DNA of 36,163 nucleotides from an uncultured Caulobacterales bacterium (GCA_903903715.1 CAIUZX010000061.1:1-36163), one strand, 5' to 3'; shown: positions 8,051-17,299, numbered from the stretch's first letter. Program-made: numbers and translations. Notes: a model not told the origin generated them from the sequence alone.

Positions 8051-8291
8051 TGCGAAATGTTAGCAGACTCAGACTGGACATTTCAATGGACTGGCCTTCA
8101 AATATTACGCCGAGTTCATTTGTGTAATAAAATTCACAAATGCAATATTACGGAATTTTCATAAATCAATATGAGCAATTTGTAACTCTACTTTTGAAAT
8201 GGAATTGTTAGAACGGTGACAGTTGATTTGAGGGGCATGAGCAACATCGCTGCTGCCCGAGTTAATAGGCCAACCTGAAAGGAAAATTGAG
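8051..8291. promoter_or_regulatory. AT-rich divergent intergenic region containing a direct repeat / inverted repeat / direct repeat candidate operator.
   Basis: This stretch is by far the most A/T-rich in the window. AATATTACG occurs at 8101-8109 and 8144-8152. These flank the inverted repeat CATTTGTG (8117-8124) / CACAAATG (8135-8142), which has a 10-nt AT spacer. The RBS GAAAGGAAAA precedes the ATG at 8292. Confidence 0.5.
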
Positions 8292-8672
8292 ATGTTTGTT
8301 TCGAATTCTGCCCCACTTCTGCTTGCGGCTACTGTATTGGTCGCCGGCGCGTTGGCCGGCACTCAGGCCAACGCGGCGGAGACCCGTTTGACGGACGTCG
8401 GTTTCATCAACGCCGCACGCTGTGCAGGTTTCGCCCAGGGCGCAGGTTACAACACCTCCGCCATCAACGACGTCGTCGGCCGTCAAGGCGCGGGTCGCGA
8501 GCATCTCGCGTGGATCATGGCCGATCAGGCCCGGGAACAAGCAACTGTTCAGGCGTCGCGCCCAGGCTATCGCCACGCAGCCGCTGTGCAGGCGCTGGAG
8601 GCTTGCGCGCCGCTGGTGTCAAAAGACATCGCATTGTCGCGGCCCGCACCATCTGACAGCGCCAGCCGTTGA
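8292..8672 (+). CDS. Hypothetical small secreted protein.
   Basis: The ATG is preceded by a purine-rich RBS. Signal peptide-like N-terminus: MFVSNSAPLLLAATVLVAGALAGTQANA. No recognisable domain was found. Confidence 0.6.
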   Translation: MFVSNSAPLLLAATVLVAGALAGTQANAAETRLTDVGFINAARCAGFAQGAGYNTSAINDVVGRQGAGREHLAWIMADQAREQATVQASRPGYRHAAAVQALEACAPLVSKDIALSRPAPSDSASR

Positions 8673-8700
8673 TTTCTGGAATGTCCAACCCAAATCATGC

Positions 8701-8727
8701 GCCCCGCGGTCTGACGACCTGCGGGGC
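8701..8727. terminator. GC-rich hairpin between convergent genes, a possible bidirectional terminator with weak U-tracts.
   Basis: In GCCCCGCGGTC TGAC GACCTGCGGGGC the arms pair with one bulged T. It lies 29 nt after the stop at 8672 and 15 nt after the yebC stop at 8742. Confidence 0.35.
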
Positions 8728-8741
8728 GGTGACATTTGGTC

Positions 8742-9488
8742 TCAGGACATGAACCGAGCGAGGTCCTCGTCGCTCATGTCGAAATTGCCGAAGACGTTTT
8801 GGACGTCGTCATCATCGTCCAGGGCGTTGATGAGCTTCATCAGGGTGCTGCATTCGTCTCCCGACACCGGGGTCAAAGTCTTGGGACGCCAGATGATCGA
8901 CGTCGACTTGGCCGCGCCAAGGGTTGATTCCAGAGCCTCGATCACGGCGCCGAGATCCTCAAAGGCGGTGAAGATGGTGTGACCATCCTCATCGCTTTCA
9001 GCATCTTCCGCTCCAGCCTCAATGGCCGCCTCCATGATCTGGTCGTCAGTTCCGGCGGATTTCGCGTAGATGATCTGACCCAAACGGTCGAACATGAACG
9101 CGACGGAACCGCTTTCGCCCATGTTTCCCCCATTTTTGGAGAATGTTGAGCGAACATTCGCGGCCGCGCGATTGCGATTATCGGTGAGGACTTCGACGAT
9201 CAGCCCCACGCCCCCCGGCCCGAAGCCTTCATAACGGATGTCCTCGTAGTTGTCGGCTTCTCCGCCCAAGGCCTTCTTGATCGCGCGATCTATGTTGTCC
9301 TTTGGCATGGACTCGGCCCGGGCGTTGGCGATGGCCAGACGCAGCCTTGCGTTTGATGTTGGGTCAGGAACGCCGTTCTTCGCTGCGATGGTGATGTCCC
9401 GCGAGAGCTTTGAGAAAAGCTTCGAGCGCTTCTTGTCCTGCGCGCCCTTGCGGAACTGGATGTTCTTGAATTTGGAATGGCCGGCCAT
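8742..9488 (-). CDS. yebC: YebC/PmpR-family DNA-binding transcriptional regulator.
   Basis: The N-terminus [39 protein letters not shown] is the hallmark of the YebC/TACO1 family. The ORF is 248 aa. Confidence 0.93.
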   Translation of the reverse strand: MAGHSKFKNIQFRKGAQDKKRSKLFSKLSRDITIAAKNGVPDPTSNARLRLAIANARAESMPKDNIDRAIKKALGGEADNYEDIRYEGFGPGGVGLIVEVLTDNRNRAAANVRSTFSKNGGNMGESGSVAFMFDRLGQIIYAKSAGTDDQIMEAAIEAGAEDAESDEDGHTIFTAFEDLGAVIEALESTLGAAKSTSIIWRPKTLTPVSGDECSTLMKLINALDDDDDVQNVFGNFDMSDEDLARFMS

Positions 9489-9643
9489 GTTCGGTCGTCT
9501 GGTCTTCTTGGATTGGGATTCGGAGCACGGCGCTCCAATTTGGCGGCGGTTCTACGCCCTCTCGCGCCATCTTGTCCACGAGGTCGCAGTTTACCTGATC
9601 GGCAGGACGCGTCATCGTGAAGCTCGACCTTGAGGAACCCACG

Positions 9644-11056
9644 ATGTTTTCACGATCCGCTCTGGCCGCCATCTTGGCGGTTTTCGCACCCGTTTCCCCA
9701 GCGCTGGCGGGCACGTTGACTCCCCCGCCAGCGGATCAGGCGCTCGGGCGGGCTTTGCTGAAGGAGCTGATCGAACTCAACACTCAGCAAGACCACGGCA
9801 CCACGGCGGCTGCGAACGCAGTTGCGGCCCGACTGCGCGCGGCGGGTTTTGTGGGACAGGATATTACCGTGATCGCGCCGCCCGATCACCCGACCAAGGG
9901 CAATGTCGTGGTCAGGCTGCACGGAAGTGGGAAGGCGAAACCGATTCTCTACATCTGCCATCTGGATGTGGTGAACGCCCGCCGGGAGGATTGGACGTTT
10001 GACCCCTTCGTGCTGACGGAAAAGGACGGCTGGTTCTACGGTCGCGGGACGGTCGACATGAAGTCGCAGGATGCGGCGACCCTCGAAAGTCTCATTCGTC
10101 TCAAACGCGAGGGTTTCAAGCCCAAGGGCGACATCATCGTCGCCTTCACAGCGGATGAAGAGGGGAGCGGCGACGCAAACGGAGTCGACTGGCTGGTCAA
10201 GACGCACCGCTCTCTCGTCGATGCTGGGCTCGTCATCAACCCCGACGGCGGTGAGGCCGGAGTGAAGCACGGTCGAAAACTCTATCTTGGAGTCCAGACC
10301 AGTGAAAAGGTCTATGTGACCTACCGGGTCGAGATCACCGACAAGGGGGGGCACTCGTCCCGCCCGACCGCAGCCAATCCGATCTTTCATCTGTCCCGCG
10401 CTTTAGGGCGGCTTGGTGACTACGCGTTCCCGGCGCATGTCACGGAAACAGTCAAGCTCTACTTTGCCGGTCGATCGAAACTCGAGACCGGACAGGTCGC
10501 CGCGGACATGCTGGCGATGAGCCGACCGGAACCTCCCGCGGAGGTGGTCGCCAGACTGTCCAGTGTGGTCGAGACCAACATCCTGTTCCGAACCACTTGC
10601 ACCGCGACGGAGATTTCCGGGGGCCATGCGGAAAGTGCGCTGCCACAGCGCGCGCAGGCGACCATTCAGTGCCGCGTCCTGCCGGGCGAGCCTCTCGACC
10701 AGGTGAAGGCGACGCTTCTCAAGGTGTTGAACGACCCAGCGATCACTTTGACCGACCTCTATCCCGGAGACGCCAGCCCGGAATCGCCGCCTTCGCCGAA
10801 ACTCTTGAAGACGATTGCGTCGGTGAAGGCCGGGATGTGGCCTGACGCCATCCTTTTGCCGATCATGTCCCCAGGTGCGACGGACAGCGCCTTTACCCGT
10901 CTTGGAGGCATGCCGAGCTATGGCGTCGACGCCATCTGGGACGACCTCGACGATGGTCGCGCCCATGGCCGGGATGAACGGATTGGGGTGGAGGTGTTCG
11001 ACCAGGAGGTCGAGTTCACCTATCGGCTGATGAAGGCGCTGGCGTCGGGCGGCTGA
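9644..11056 (+). CDS. Secreted M20-family metallopeptidase (paralog B).
   Basis: The ATG at 9644 follows GAGGA. Signal peptide: MFSRSALAAILAVFAPVSPALA. Motifs: ICHLDVV, GTVDMK, FTADEE. It is collinear with the peptidase at 3865-5277 along its whole length. Confidence 0.85.
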   Translation: MFSRSALAAILAVFAPVSPALAGTLTPPPADQALGRALLKELIELNTQQDHGTTAAANAVAARLRAAGFVGQDITVIAPPDHPTKGNVVVRLHGSGKAKPILYICHLDVVNARREDWTFDPFVLTEKDGWFYGRGTVDMKSQDAATLESLIRLKREGFKPKGDIIVAFTADEEGSGDANGVDWLVKTHRSLVDAGLVINPDGGEAGVKHGRKLYLGVQTSEKVYVTYRVEITDKGGHSSRPTAANPIFHLSRALGRLGDYAFPAHVTETVKLYFAGRSKLETGQVAADMLAMSRPEPPAEVVARLSSVVETNILFRTTCTATEISGGHAESALPQRAQATIQCRVLPGEPLDQVKATLLKVLNDPAITLTDLYPGDASPESPPSPKLLKTIASVKAGMWPDAILLPIMSPGATDSAFTRLGGMPSYGVDAIWDDLDDGRAHGRDERIGVEVFDQEVEFTYRLMKALASGG

Positions 11057-11076
11057 CCAGCCGAGCTCAGGCCCGA

Positions 11077-11529
11077 CTAGAGCCGTCCGGTCGAGGTCAA
11101 GGCCGCATAGAGAGCGACGCCGGCGGATACGGAAAGATTTAAAGATCGGGTCCCGGGGCGAATGGGAATGCAGACCGCCGCATCTGCGCGGTCGTGGACC
11201 TCCGGTGGGGCGCCGGCGCTCTCCCGCCCGAAGAGAAGCGTGTCGTCCGGTTCGAAGCGGAATTGATCGATCCGGGTGGCGCCCTTGGTGGAAAAGAGCA
11301 CTAGCCGGCCCGCGGATCGTTCCGGCGCCTTGAGGAAAAGGCGCCAGCTGTCGTGGCGCCTGATGTCGGCCTGGGGGCCGTAATCCAGCGCAGCGCGCTT
11401 GAGCGATCTGTCCGAAACAGGGAAGGCGCAGGGCTCGATCACGTCGAGTGGAGCCCCAAAACACGCCGATAGTCGGATCGCCGCGCCGAGGTTTTGTGGA
11501 ATGTCGGGTTGAAAAAGGGCCAGCCGCAT
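11077..11529 (-). CDS. trmL: tRNA (cytidine/uridine-2'-O)-methyltransferase TrmL (SpoU/TrmH family).
   Basis: MRLALFQPDIPQNLGAAIRLSACFGAPLDVIEP, LLFGRESAG and IPIRPGTRSLNLSVSAGVALY match the TrmL (YibK) pattern. The ATG at 11529 lies 8 nt after GGGAG. The ORF-track start at 11547 is judged an extension. Confidence 0.85.
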   Translation of the reverse strand: MRLALFQPDIPQNLGAAIRLSACFGAPLDVIEPCAFPVSDRSLKRAALDYGPQADIRRHDSWRLFLKAPERSAGRLVLFSTKGATRIDQFRFEPDDTLLFGRESAGAPPEVHDRADAAVCIPIRPGTRSLNLSVSAGVALYAALTSTGRL

Positions 11530-11680
11530 TCTAATCGCTCCCATCACAGCGTTGAGTCCGTGAGAATTCGACCCAACGGCGCTCTTGCGACGACGGGCCC
11601 TACGGGCTTAAAGACACGCTGGCCTGAAGCCCGCACCGTTCTTGAGACGGCGCAAGGTGGTTTCGGGGTGTATCACTAGG

Positions 11681-11706
11681 TTCCGCCCGTCCGCGAGGGG
11701 GCGGAA
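11681..11706 (+). promoter_or_regulatory. Stable hairpin in the petA leader.
   Basis: TTCCGCCC (11681-11688) pairs with GGGCGGAA (11699-11706) across a 10-nt loop. The hairpin ends 20 nt upstream of the petA GTG start. Confidence 0.35.
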
Positions 11707-11726
11707 GCCAGACGAGGGGCGACGAC

Positions 11727-12263
11727 GTGGCTGAGACTGCTCACGAAACCCATGGGGAAGAACCCCATCGCCGGGACTTCATCCACATCGCCGCCATGGC
11801 GACGGGTGCGGTCGGCGTGGCGGCGACTGTCTGGCCGTTCATCGACCAGATGAACCCGTCCGGCGACACGCTGGCGCTTGCGTCCATCGAACAGGACATC
11901 AGCAAGGTGACTCCGGGTCAGCAGCTTGTGGTCTTGTGGCGCGGCAAGCCCGTTTTCGTCCGCCACCGGACGCCCGCGGAAATCGCCGCCGCGGTGAAAG
12001 ATGACCACGCCGACATGCGCGACCCAGCGACCGACGCATCGCGCACGAAGCCCGGCAAGCAGGAATGGCTGATTCTGATCGGCGTCTGTACGCATCTTGG
12101 ATGCGTACCTAGCTTTGGAACCGGCGATTACGGCGGCTGGTTCTGCCCTTGTCACGGATCGGTCTACGACACGGCGGGCCGTATTCGTAAGGGGCCGGCC
12201 CCGAAGAACCTCGAACTGCCAGATTACGAATTCACCGGACCCACCAAGGTCAAGATCGGCTAA
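11727..12263 (+). CDS. petA: Ubiquinol-cytochrome c reductase Rieske iron-sulfur subunit.
   Basis: Rieske boxes CTHLGCVP and CPCHGSVYD. The N-terminus is TAT-like ([16 protein letters not shown]). It is first in the petABC order. Confidence 0.93.
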   Translation: MAETAHETHGEEPHRRDFIHIAAMATGAVGVAATVWPFIDQMNPSGDTLALASIEQDISKVTPGQQLVVLWRGKPVFVRHRTPAEIAAAVKDDHADMRDPATDASRTKPGKQEWLILIGVCTHLGCVPSFGTGDYGGWFCPCHGSVYDTAGRIRKGPAPKNLELPDYEFTGPTKVKIG

Positions 12264-12277
12264 GGCGCGAACGACCC

Positions 12278-13612
12278 ATGAGCGGACATTCGACTTACGA
12301 ACCCAAGACATCGTTCGAGCGCTGGCTCGACGTCCGTCTTCCCATCCTGCGTATGGCGCATGACACCGCCATCGATTTCCCGACGCCGAAGAACCTGAAT
12401 TACTGGTGGACCTTTGGTGGCATCCTCGCGGTATGTCTGGTCATCCAGATCGTGACTGGACTGGTCCTGGCGATGCACTACGTCGCCAACGCCGGCCTCG
12501 CCTTCAACAGCGTCGAGCACATCATGCGCGACGTGAACCATGGATGGATGATCCGCTATATCCACGCCAACGGCGCCTCGATGTTCTTCCTGGCGGTCTA
12601 TGTCCACATTGCTCGCGGGCTCTATTATGGCTCCTACAAGGCGCCGCGCGAAATCCTGTGGCTCCTCGGATGCGTCATCTACCTTCTGATGATGGCGACG
12701 GCTTTCATGGGCTATGTGTTGCCCTGGGGGCAGATGAGCTATTACGGCGCTGTTGTGATCACCAACCTGTTCTCCGCCTTCGATCGTCTGATCCCGGGCG
12801 TCGGAACGGCGATCACAACCTGGCTGTGGGGCGGCTTCGCGGTCGACAACGCCACGCTCAACCGCTTCTTCTCGTTGCACTATCTGTTGCCGTTCATGAT
12901 CGCGGGCGTCGTTGGCCTGCACATCTGGGCCCTGCATGTGCCCGGGAACAACAACCCGACCGGCGTCGACGTTAAGTCGAAGGAAGACACGGTGCCCTTC
13001 CATCCGTACTACACGGTGAAGGACGCCTTTGCGATCCTGGTGTTCCTGCTGCTGTTCTCCTGGTTCGTGTTCTTCGCGCCGGAAGCTCTGGGTCACGCAG
13101 ACAACCAGGTGCCAGCGAACCCGCTCGTCACGCCGATTCACATCGTGCCGGAGTGGTACTTCCTGCCGTTCTACGCGATCCTGCGAGCGGTGCCGGACAA
13201 GCTCATCGGCGTGCTGTTGATGTTCTCCGCCATCGCCATGCTGTTCCTGTTGCCGTGGCTCGACACCTCCAAGGTGCGCTCAATGCGCTACCGCCCGATG
13301 GCCCGCTGGTTTTTCCTGATCTTCATCGCGGCGACCCTTGGCCTCGGCTGGTGCGGCGGCAAGCTCCCGGACGATGTGGTTATCGCGGTCGGGCAGGACG
13401 CAGTGTCCGGGGAGCCGACCGGCTTCACGGTGGTGATGTTGTCTCGGGTTCTGGCGACCTACTACTTCGCCTATTTCCTCCTGGTGCTGCCTCTGCTCGG
13501 TCTGTTCGAGAAGACCCTGGCGGTTCCGGATACGATCTCGACTCCCGTGCTGCCCAAGGGCGGCGCCTCCATGCCGACCGGCGCGACCGCGTCGCCTGAG
13601 AAGAAGGGTTGA
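12278..13612 (+). CDS. petB: Cytochrome b.
   Basis: The 444-aa polytopic protein contains [31 protein letters not shown] and [13 protein letters not shown], classic cytochrome b motifs. Confidence 0.95.
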   Translation: MSGHSTYEPKTSFERWLDVRLPILRMAHDTAIDFPTPKNLNYWWTFGGILAVCLVIQIVTGLVLAMHYVANAGLAFNSVEHIMRDVNHGWMIRYIHANGASMFFLAVYVHIARGLYYGSYKAPREILWLLGCVIYLLMMATAFMGYVLPWGQMSYYGAVVITNLFSAFDRLIPGVGTAITTWLWGGFAVDNATLNRFFSLHYLLPFMIAGVVGLHIWALHVPGNNNPTGVDVKSKEDTVPFHPYYTVKDAFAILVFLLLFSWFVFFAPEALGHADNQVPANPLVTPIHIVPEWYFLPFYAILRAVPDKLIGVLLMFSAIAMLFLLPWLDTSKVRSMRYRPMARWFFLIFIAATLGLGWCGGKLPDDVVIAVGQDAVSGEPTGFTVVMLSRVLATYYFAYFLLVLPLLGLFEKTLAVPDTISTPVLPKGGASMPTGATASPEKKG

Positions 13613-13617
13613 TCCCC

Positions 13618-14514
13618 ATGACTGATCTTTCAATGGGGTTCCGAACCGCATTCAGCCGTGTTCGGGTCAGCATGCTGGCGGTTCTTGCGGTCGCTCTCTT
13701 CGGGGTCGCCGCACAGCCGGCCTTGGCCAAGACGACGGCGCGGGAAGCGGAAGGCGTGTCGTTCAGCTTTGAGGGTCCGTTCGGCGTCTTCGATCAGGCC
13801 GAACTGCAACGCGGCTACAAGGTCTACGCGGAAGTCTGCTCGGCCTGTCACTCGATGAAGCTGTTGTCCTACCGCGATCTGGCGCAGGCAGGCGGGCCGT
13901 TCTACGACCCGAAGCACCCCAATCTTCCGCCGGCTCAAAGCCCGTACGCCAAGGCGATCGCCGCTCAGTACAAGGTGTCGGATATTGATCACGATACGGG
14001 CGATGTGATCGAAAGAACGGCCACGCCCGCTGACCATTTCCGCGCGCCGTTCCCGAATGAGTACGCGGCTCGCGCCGCGAACGGCGGGGCGCTCCCACCC
14101 GATTTGTCCGTCATCGCGCGGGCGCGTGAAGGTGGCCCGGCCTACATTTACAAGCTGCTTCTGGGCTATGAAGAGCCGCCGAAGGGCATGACGGTTCCGG
14201 ACGGCAAGTACTACAACCCCTACATGCCCGGCGACATGGGATCCTTCTGGTCCGGCCCGAAGGACAAGGTCCCTGAAGGCGGCTTCATCTCGATGGCCAA
14301 GCAGCTGACGCCGGATCGCGTGCAGTTTGACGACAAGACGCCGTCGACCGCCGAGAACGAAGCCCACGCTGTCGCCACCTTCCTGGCCTGGGCTGCGGAT
14401 CCTCACATGGTCGAGCGTAAGCAAACCGGTCTTGCCGTGATGCTCTTCCTCCTTGTGTTCACAGGTCTCACCTATCTGTCCTATCGGCAGATCTGGAGAA
14501 ACGTGGCGCACTGA
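13618..14514 (+). CDS. petC: Cytochrome c1.
   Basis: It has the heme-binding motif CSACHSM and a C-terminal membrane anchor (LAVMLFLLVFTGLTYLSY). The ATG at 13618 lies 10 nt after GAAGAAGG. An in-frame TTG at 13609 overlapping the petB stop is an alternative start. Confidence 0.9.
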   Translation: MTDLSMGFRTAFSRVRVSMLAVLAVALFGVAAQPALAKTTAREAEGVSFSFEGPFGVFDQAELQRGYKVYAEVCSACHSMKLLSYRDLAQAGGPFYDPKHPNLPPAQSPYAKAIAAQYKVSDIDHDTGDVIERTATPADHFRAPFPNEYAARAANGGALPPDLSVIARAREGGPAYIYKLLLGYEEPPKGMTVPDGKYYNPYMPGDMGSFWSGPKDKVPEGGFISMAKQLTPDRVQFDDKTPSTAENEAHAVATFLAWAADPHMVERKQTGLAVMLFLLVFTGLTYLSYRQIWRNVAH

Positions 14515-14546
14515 CGCCGGACGTTCGCGTCCCGTGCTGGAAACAG

Positions 14547-14582
14547 GCCCCCGTCGGATGACCTCCGCGGGGGCTTTTTTTT
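14547..14582 (+). terminator. Rho-independent terminator of the petABC operon.
   Basis: GCCCCCG (14547-14553) pairs with CGGGGGC (14568-14574), with inner CGG/CCG pairing, followed by eight T (14575-14582). Confidence 0.8.
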
Positions 14583-14647
14583 CGACGCTCACATTGCGTT
14601 TACCCTGTTCAACTTATGGCTAACGCTCCTTTTCGGAGCGCGTGGCG

Positions 14648-15739
14648 ATGACGTCCAAGGCGATGTCGGCTGGTCTGATCCTGGCCGCACTTCTCACTCT
14701 CACTCCCGCGATCGCGCCGGCCGAGCCTCCGCCGCCGGGAAAGTCCGTCGGCGTGGAAAGTTTCGGGGACAAGTCCGAAGCGTCAACCTCGTCGAAGGAA
14801 GGCGCCACCGTCGCTTCGCCTGTCGAAGGGGCGTCCGACACAATGGGGGCGCCCGCTCCCAAGCCCAAGCCGAAACGCCGCAGAAAGCCGAAGCCCAAGC
14901 CAAAGCCGCCCATGGCCGCGTCGGCCGCAATCCCGACAGTTGGGGAGCTGACATCTCTTCCGATAACATCCTACACGGACTGGAAGAGCCTCGACGCCGA
15001 GAACACGCTGGTGTTCGAAACGTCCAAGGGCCCAATTGTGGTCGAGTTGCGCCCGGAATTCGCGCCCGCCGCGGTCGCTCAGATCAAGAAGCTGGTCCGT
15101 CGCAACATCTATGACGGCCTCCTGTTCCACCGGGTGATTGATGGCTTTGTTGCGCAGACCGGCAATCCCAACAATCGTGACGGCGGCAAGAGCGATGAGC
15201 CGAATCTTGCGCCTGAATTCACCTTCCGTATGGGCGCCGACACGCCGCACGCGGTCGTCGCAAGACCTGTGGGGGGACAGCTTGGCCTGATCGGATCGTC
15301 ACCCTACGAATCAGTGGACGAGGCGAGGATGGCCATGTCTCCTGACCACCGTGTCAGCGCCTGGGGCGCGTTTTGCGCCGGCGTTGTTGGAATGGGACGC
15401 GATCAGGCCCCGGACAGCGCCAATAGCGAAATCTTCTTCATGCGCGACCCCGCCCGAAGACTCGATCGGGACTATGCGGTGATCGGAAGGGTGATCCAGG
15501 GTCTTGAAGCCGTTCGAAGCATGACGGTGGGCGAGCCGCCGGTGCACCCGGACAAAATTCTGCGCGCCGCCGTCATGGCCGATCTGCCGGACGCTGAAAG
15601 GCCTAAACTCAAGATCCTCAACACAATGGGTTCCGATTTCCGCAAGCTCGTCGATCATGCCAGAGCTGTTCGAGGCGCCGACTTCTCGATCTGCGACATC
15701 GAGACGCCGGTAAAGCCGGACTTTGGCGGGCCGCACTGA
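14648..15739 (+). CDS. Secreted cyclophilin-type peptidyl-prolyl cis-trans isomerase with a low-complexity N-terminal linker.
   Basis: Signal peptide: MTSKAMSAGLILAALLTLTPAIAPA. Cyclophilin core: GPIVVELRPEFAPAAVAQIKKLVRRNIYDGLLFHRVIDGFVAQTGNP and NSEIFFM. An in-frame GTG at 14642 is an alternative start. Confidence 0.85.
   Translation: MTSKAMSAGLILAALLTLTPAIAPAEPPPPGKSVGVESFGDKSEASTSSKEGATVASPVEGASDTMGAPAPKPKPKRRRKPKPKPKPPMAASAAIPTVGELTSLPITSYTDWKSLDAENTLVFETSKGPIVVELRPEFAPAAVAQIKKLVRRNIYDGLLFHRVIDGFVAQTGNPNNRDGGKSDEPNLAPEFTFRMGADTPHAVVARPVGGQLGLIGSSPYESVDEARMAMSPDHRVSAWGAFCAGVVGMGRDQAPDSANSEIFFMRDPARRLDRDYAVIGRVIQGLEAVRSMTVGEPPVHPDKILRAAVMADLPDAERPKLKILNTMGSDFRKLVDHARAVRGADFSICDIETPVKPDFGGPH
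14861..14910 (+). repeat. Imperfect AAGCCN hexanucleotide tandem repeat encoding PKPKPKRRRKPKPKPKPP.
   Basis: AAGCCCAAGCCGAAA CGCCGCAGA AAGCCGAAGCCCAAGCCAAAGCCGCCC, read directly, lies inside the PPIase linker. Confidence 0.7.
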
Positions 15740-15750
15740 AGCCTGAAAGA

Positions 15751-16437
15751 TCAGTCGCCGCCGTCTCCGGCCAAGCCCGCATTCCGATGAAACAATTGAA
15801 GTGTCCGCAATCGCGCCAAACGCGCCGCATCTTCCACAAAGTCCTTGCGCCGGTCCGATGCGAAGCCGTGGCCCGCGTCATACTCATGGACGCTAAGATC
15901 CGGGTAGCGTTCCCGGATCTTAGCCACGGTTTCAGGGGGAATGGTGGGATCTGAACGGCCGAAGTGCAGAATGATAGGACATTTCGGCGGCTCGCTGATC
16001 AGTTCGGGAATGCGGCGCCCATAGTACGAGGACACAGCGGAAACGCCCGGGACACGCGCTGCTGCGAGCCACGCCGCCGTCCCCCCCCAGCAGTAGCCAA
16101 CAACGAATACCGGCCCCGTCAGCGCCGCGACGCAGGCGCGCAGATCGCTCTCCACCTCAGACCAAGGCGTCGCTTCCGACAAGCTGCGGCCCCTTGCGAT
16201 CCCATCCTCGTCATAGCCCGCCTGAAATCTCGGCGCTCTGCGATCGTAGAGGGACGGGGCCAACACCTCGTACCCATCGTGAGCAAAAGTGCGAGCCAGA
16301 TCCTGGATGTGGTCGGTCACGCCGAAGATTTCCTGGACCAGGACCAATCCGCCCCGCCGAGCCTCTTTCGGCTGGAAATGTGCAGCCTCGAAGACGAAGC
16401 CGTCTGCGGAACTGGTCAGCCTGAGCGGAGCGACCAT
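15751..16437 (-). CDS. Dienelactone hydrolase family protein (downstream copy).
   Basis: Alpha/beta-hydrolase DLH pattern: LVLVQEIFGV, nucleophile elbow VGYCWGG, and C-terminal YDAGHGF. The ATG at 16437 overlaps the upstream gene's TGA by 1 nt. Confidence 0.85.
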   Translation of the reverse strand: MVAPLRLTSSADGFVFEAAHFQPKEARRGGLVLVQEIFGVTDHIQDLARTFAHDGYEVLAPSLYDRRAPRFQAGYDEDGIARGRSLSEATPWSEVESDLRACVAALTGPVFVVGYCWGGTAAWLAAARVPGVSAVSSYYGRRIPELISEPPKCPIILHFGRSDPTIPPETVAKIRERYPDLSVHEYDAGHGFASDRRKDFVEDAARLARLRTLQLFHRNAGLAGDGGD

Positions 16438-17117
16438 CAAGCGGCGCCGTTCGCCTCGAACAGCTGGAGTGTCCTGGTTCTCGCCGAAGCCGCATCCGCA
16501 GGATCCTGCGCCTCGACGCCGTCATTGTTGAAGCCGTGGCCGGAGCCTTCATAGATGTAGACCGGAACATCGGGGTGAGCGGCGGTTACCTTCGTCTTCA
16601 CGTCATCGGCTGGCATGTAGGTGTCCTTGCGACCCAGGTGCACGATCACCGGACAATGAAGGGGGAGTTCCGCCATTCCGGCCACTCCGCCGCCATAGTA
16701 GGACGACGCGGCAGCCAGCCCCGTCACACGATTGGCGGCGAGCCAGGTCATCGTCCCGCCGTAGCAGTAGCCCACGAGAAACACCGGCCCCTTGGCGCTG
16801 AGCATCGCAACGCAGGCCTCGATGTCGCCCATGGCGTTGTCGGGCCCGTTGGCCGTGGCGTAGGCGACGCCGGTCTTGAACCCGTCAGGATCGTGCCCCG
16901 CCACGTACCCGCGCTCCTGCCGGTCGAACATGGACGGCGCGATGACCTCGAACCCCAACGCCGCCCAGCGGGCGACGTCCTCGTGAACATACTTGTCGAG
17001 GCCAAAGATCTCCTGGATCACGATGATGCCGCCGCGGCGACGACCAACGGCGTCCGCATGAAGCGCCGTGAAAGTGAAACCGTCGTAGGCGGAGGTGAGC
17101 TCGATCAACTTGGTCAT
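16437..17117 (-). CDS. Dienelactone hydrolase family protein (upstream copy).
   Basis: Motifs: IIVIQEIFGL, VGYCYGG, YEGSGHGF. The ATG at 17117 lies 8 nt after GGAGA. The TTG at 17132 in the ORF track is judged an extension. Confidence 0.85.
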   Translation of the reverse strand: MTKLIELTSAYDGFTFTALHADAVGRRRGGIIVIQEIFGLDKYVHEDVARWAALGFEVIAPSMFDRQERGYVAGHDPDGFKTGVAYATANGPDNAMGDIEACVAMLSAKGPVFLVGYCYGGTMTWLAANRVTGLAAASSYYGGGVAGMAELPLHCPVIVHLGRKDTYMPADDVKTKVTAAHPDVPVYIYEGSGHGFNNDGVEAQDPADAASARTRTLQLFEANGAA

Positions 17118-17299
17118 GGCGTGGTTCTCCAAAGCGGTTCGACCCTAATGTTTCGATGAGAACTTTTGCACCTTCTTTTTCGGGTATTTTTCGCGCGCCC
17201 ATGGATTGGAAAGCCAAGCGGCCGGGGCGCATTTACCGCCCGTTAACGAAAAAGGCGGCTTCCCCTGAAGCGAAAAGCGCGGGACAGTCGTAAGAACAC

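Noticed and set aside
8121-8138. A CRP/FNR-type site, TGTGT-N8-TCACA, in the AT-rich region.
   Set aside because: The canonical CRP/FNR spacing between the pentamers is 6 nt, not 8. I kept it only as a generic inverted repeat in the findings.
8051-8291. A replication-origin-like or CtrA-controlled region, given the AT-richness.
   Set aside because: I could find no TTAA-N7-TTAA CtrA boxes and no DnaA-box-like 9-mers. The genomic context (no hemE/dnaA/parAB) does not fit an origin.
10403-11464. A 353-aa minus-strand ORF spanning the end of M20 peptidase B and trmL.
   Set aside because: It runs antisense to the peptidase and out of frame through trmL. Its composition is Arg-rich and it has no motifs.
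12260-14592. Long minus-strand ORFs opposite petB (293 aa) and petC (320 aa).
   Set aside because: These are shadow ORFs opposite unmistakable cytochrome b and c1 genes.
17124-17140. A possible alphaproteobacterial LexA (SOS) box upstream of ruvC, since ruv genes are SOS-regulated in some bacteria.
   Set aside because: The sequence is GTTC-N9-GTTC, whereas the established alphaproteobacterial LexA motif is GTTC-N7-GTTC. It also lies within or next to the DLH gene's RBS, about 160 bp from ruvC.
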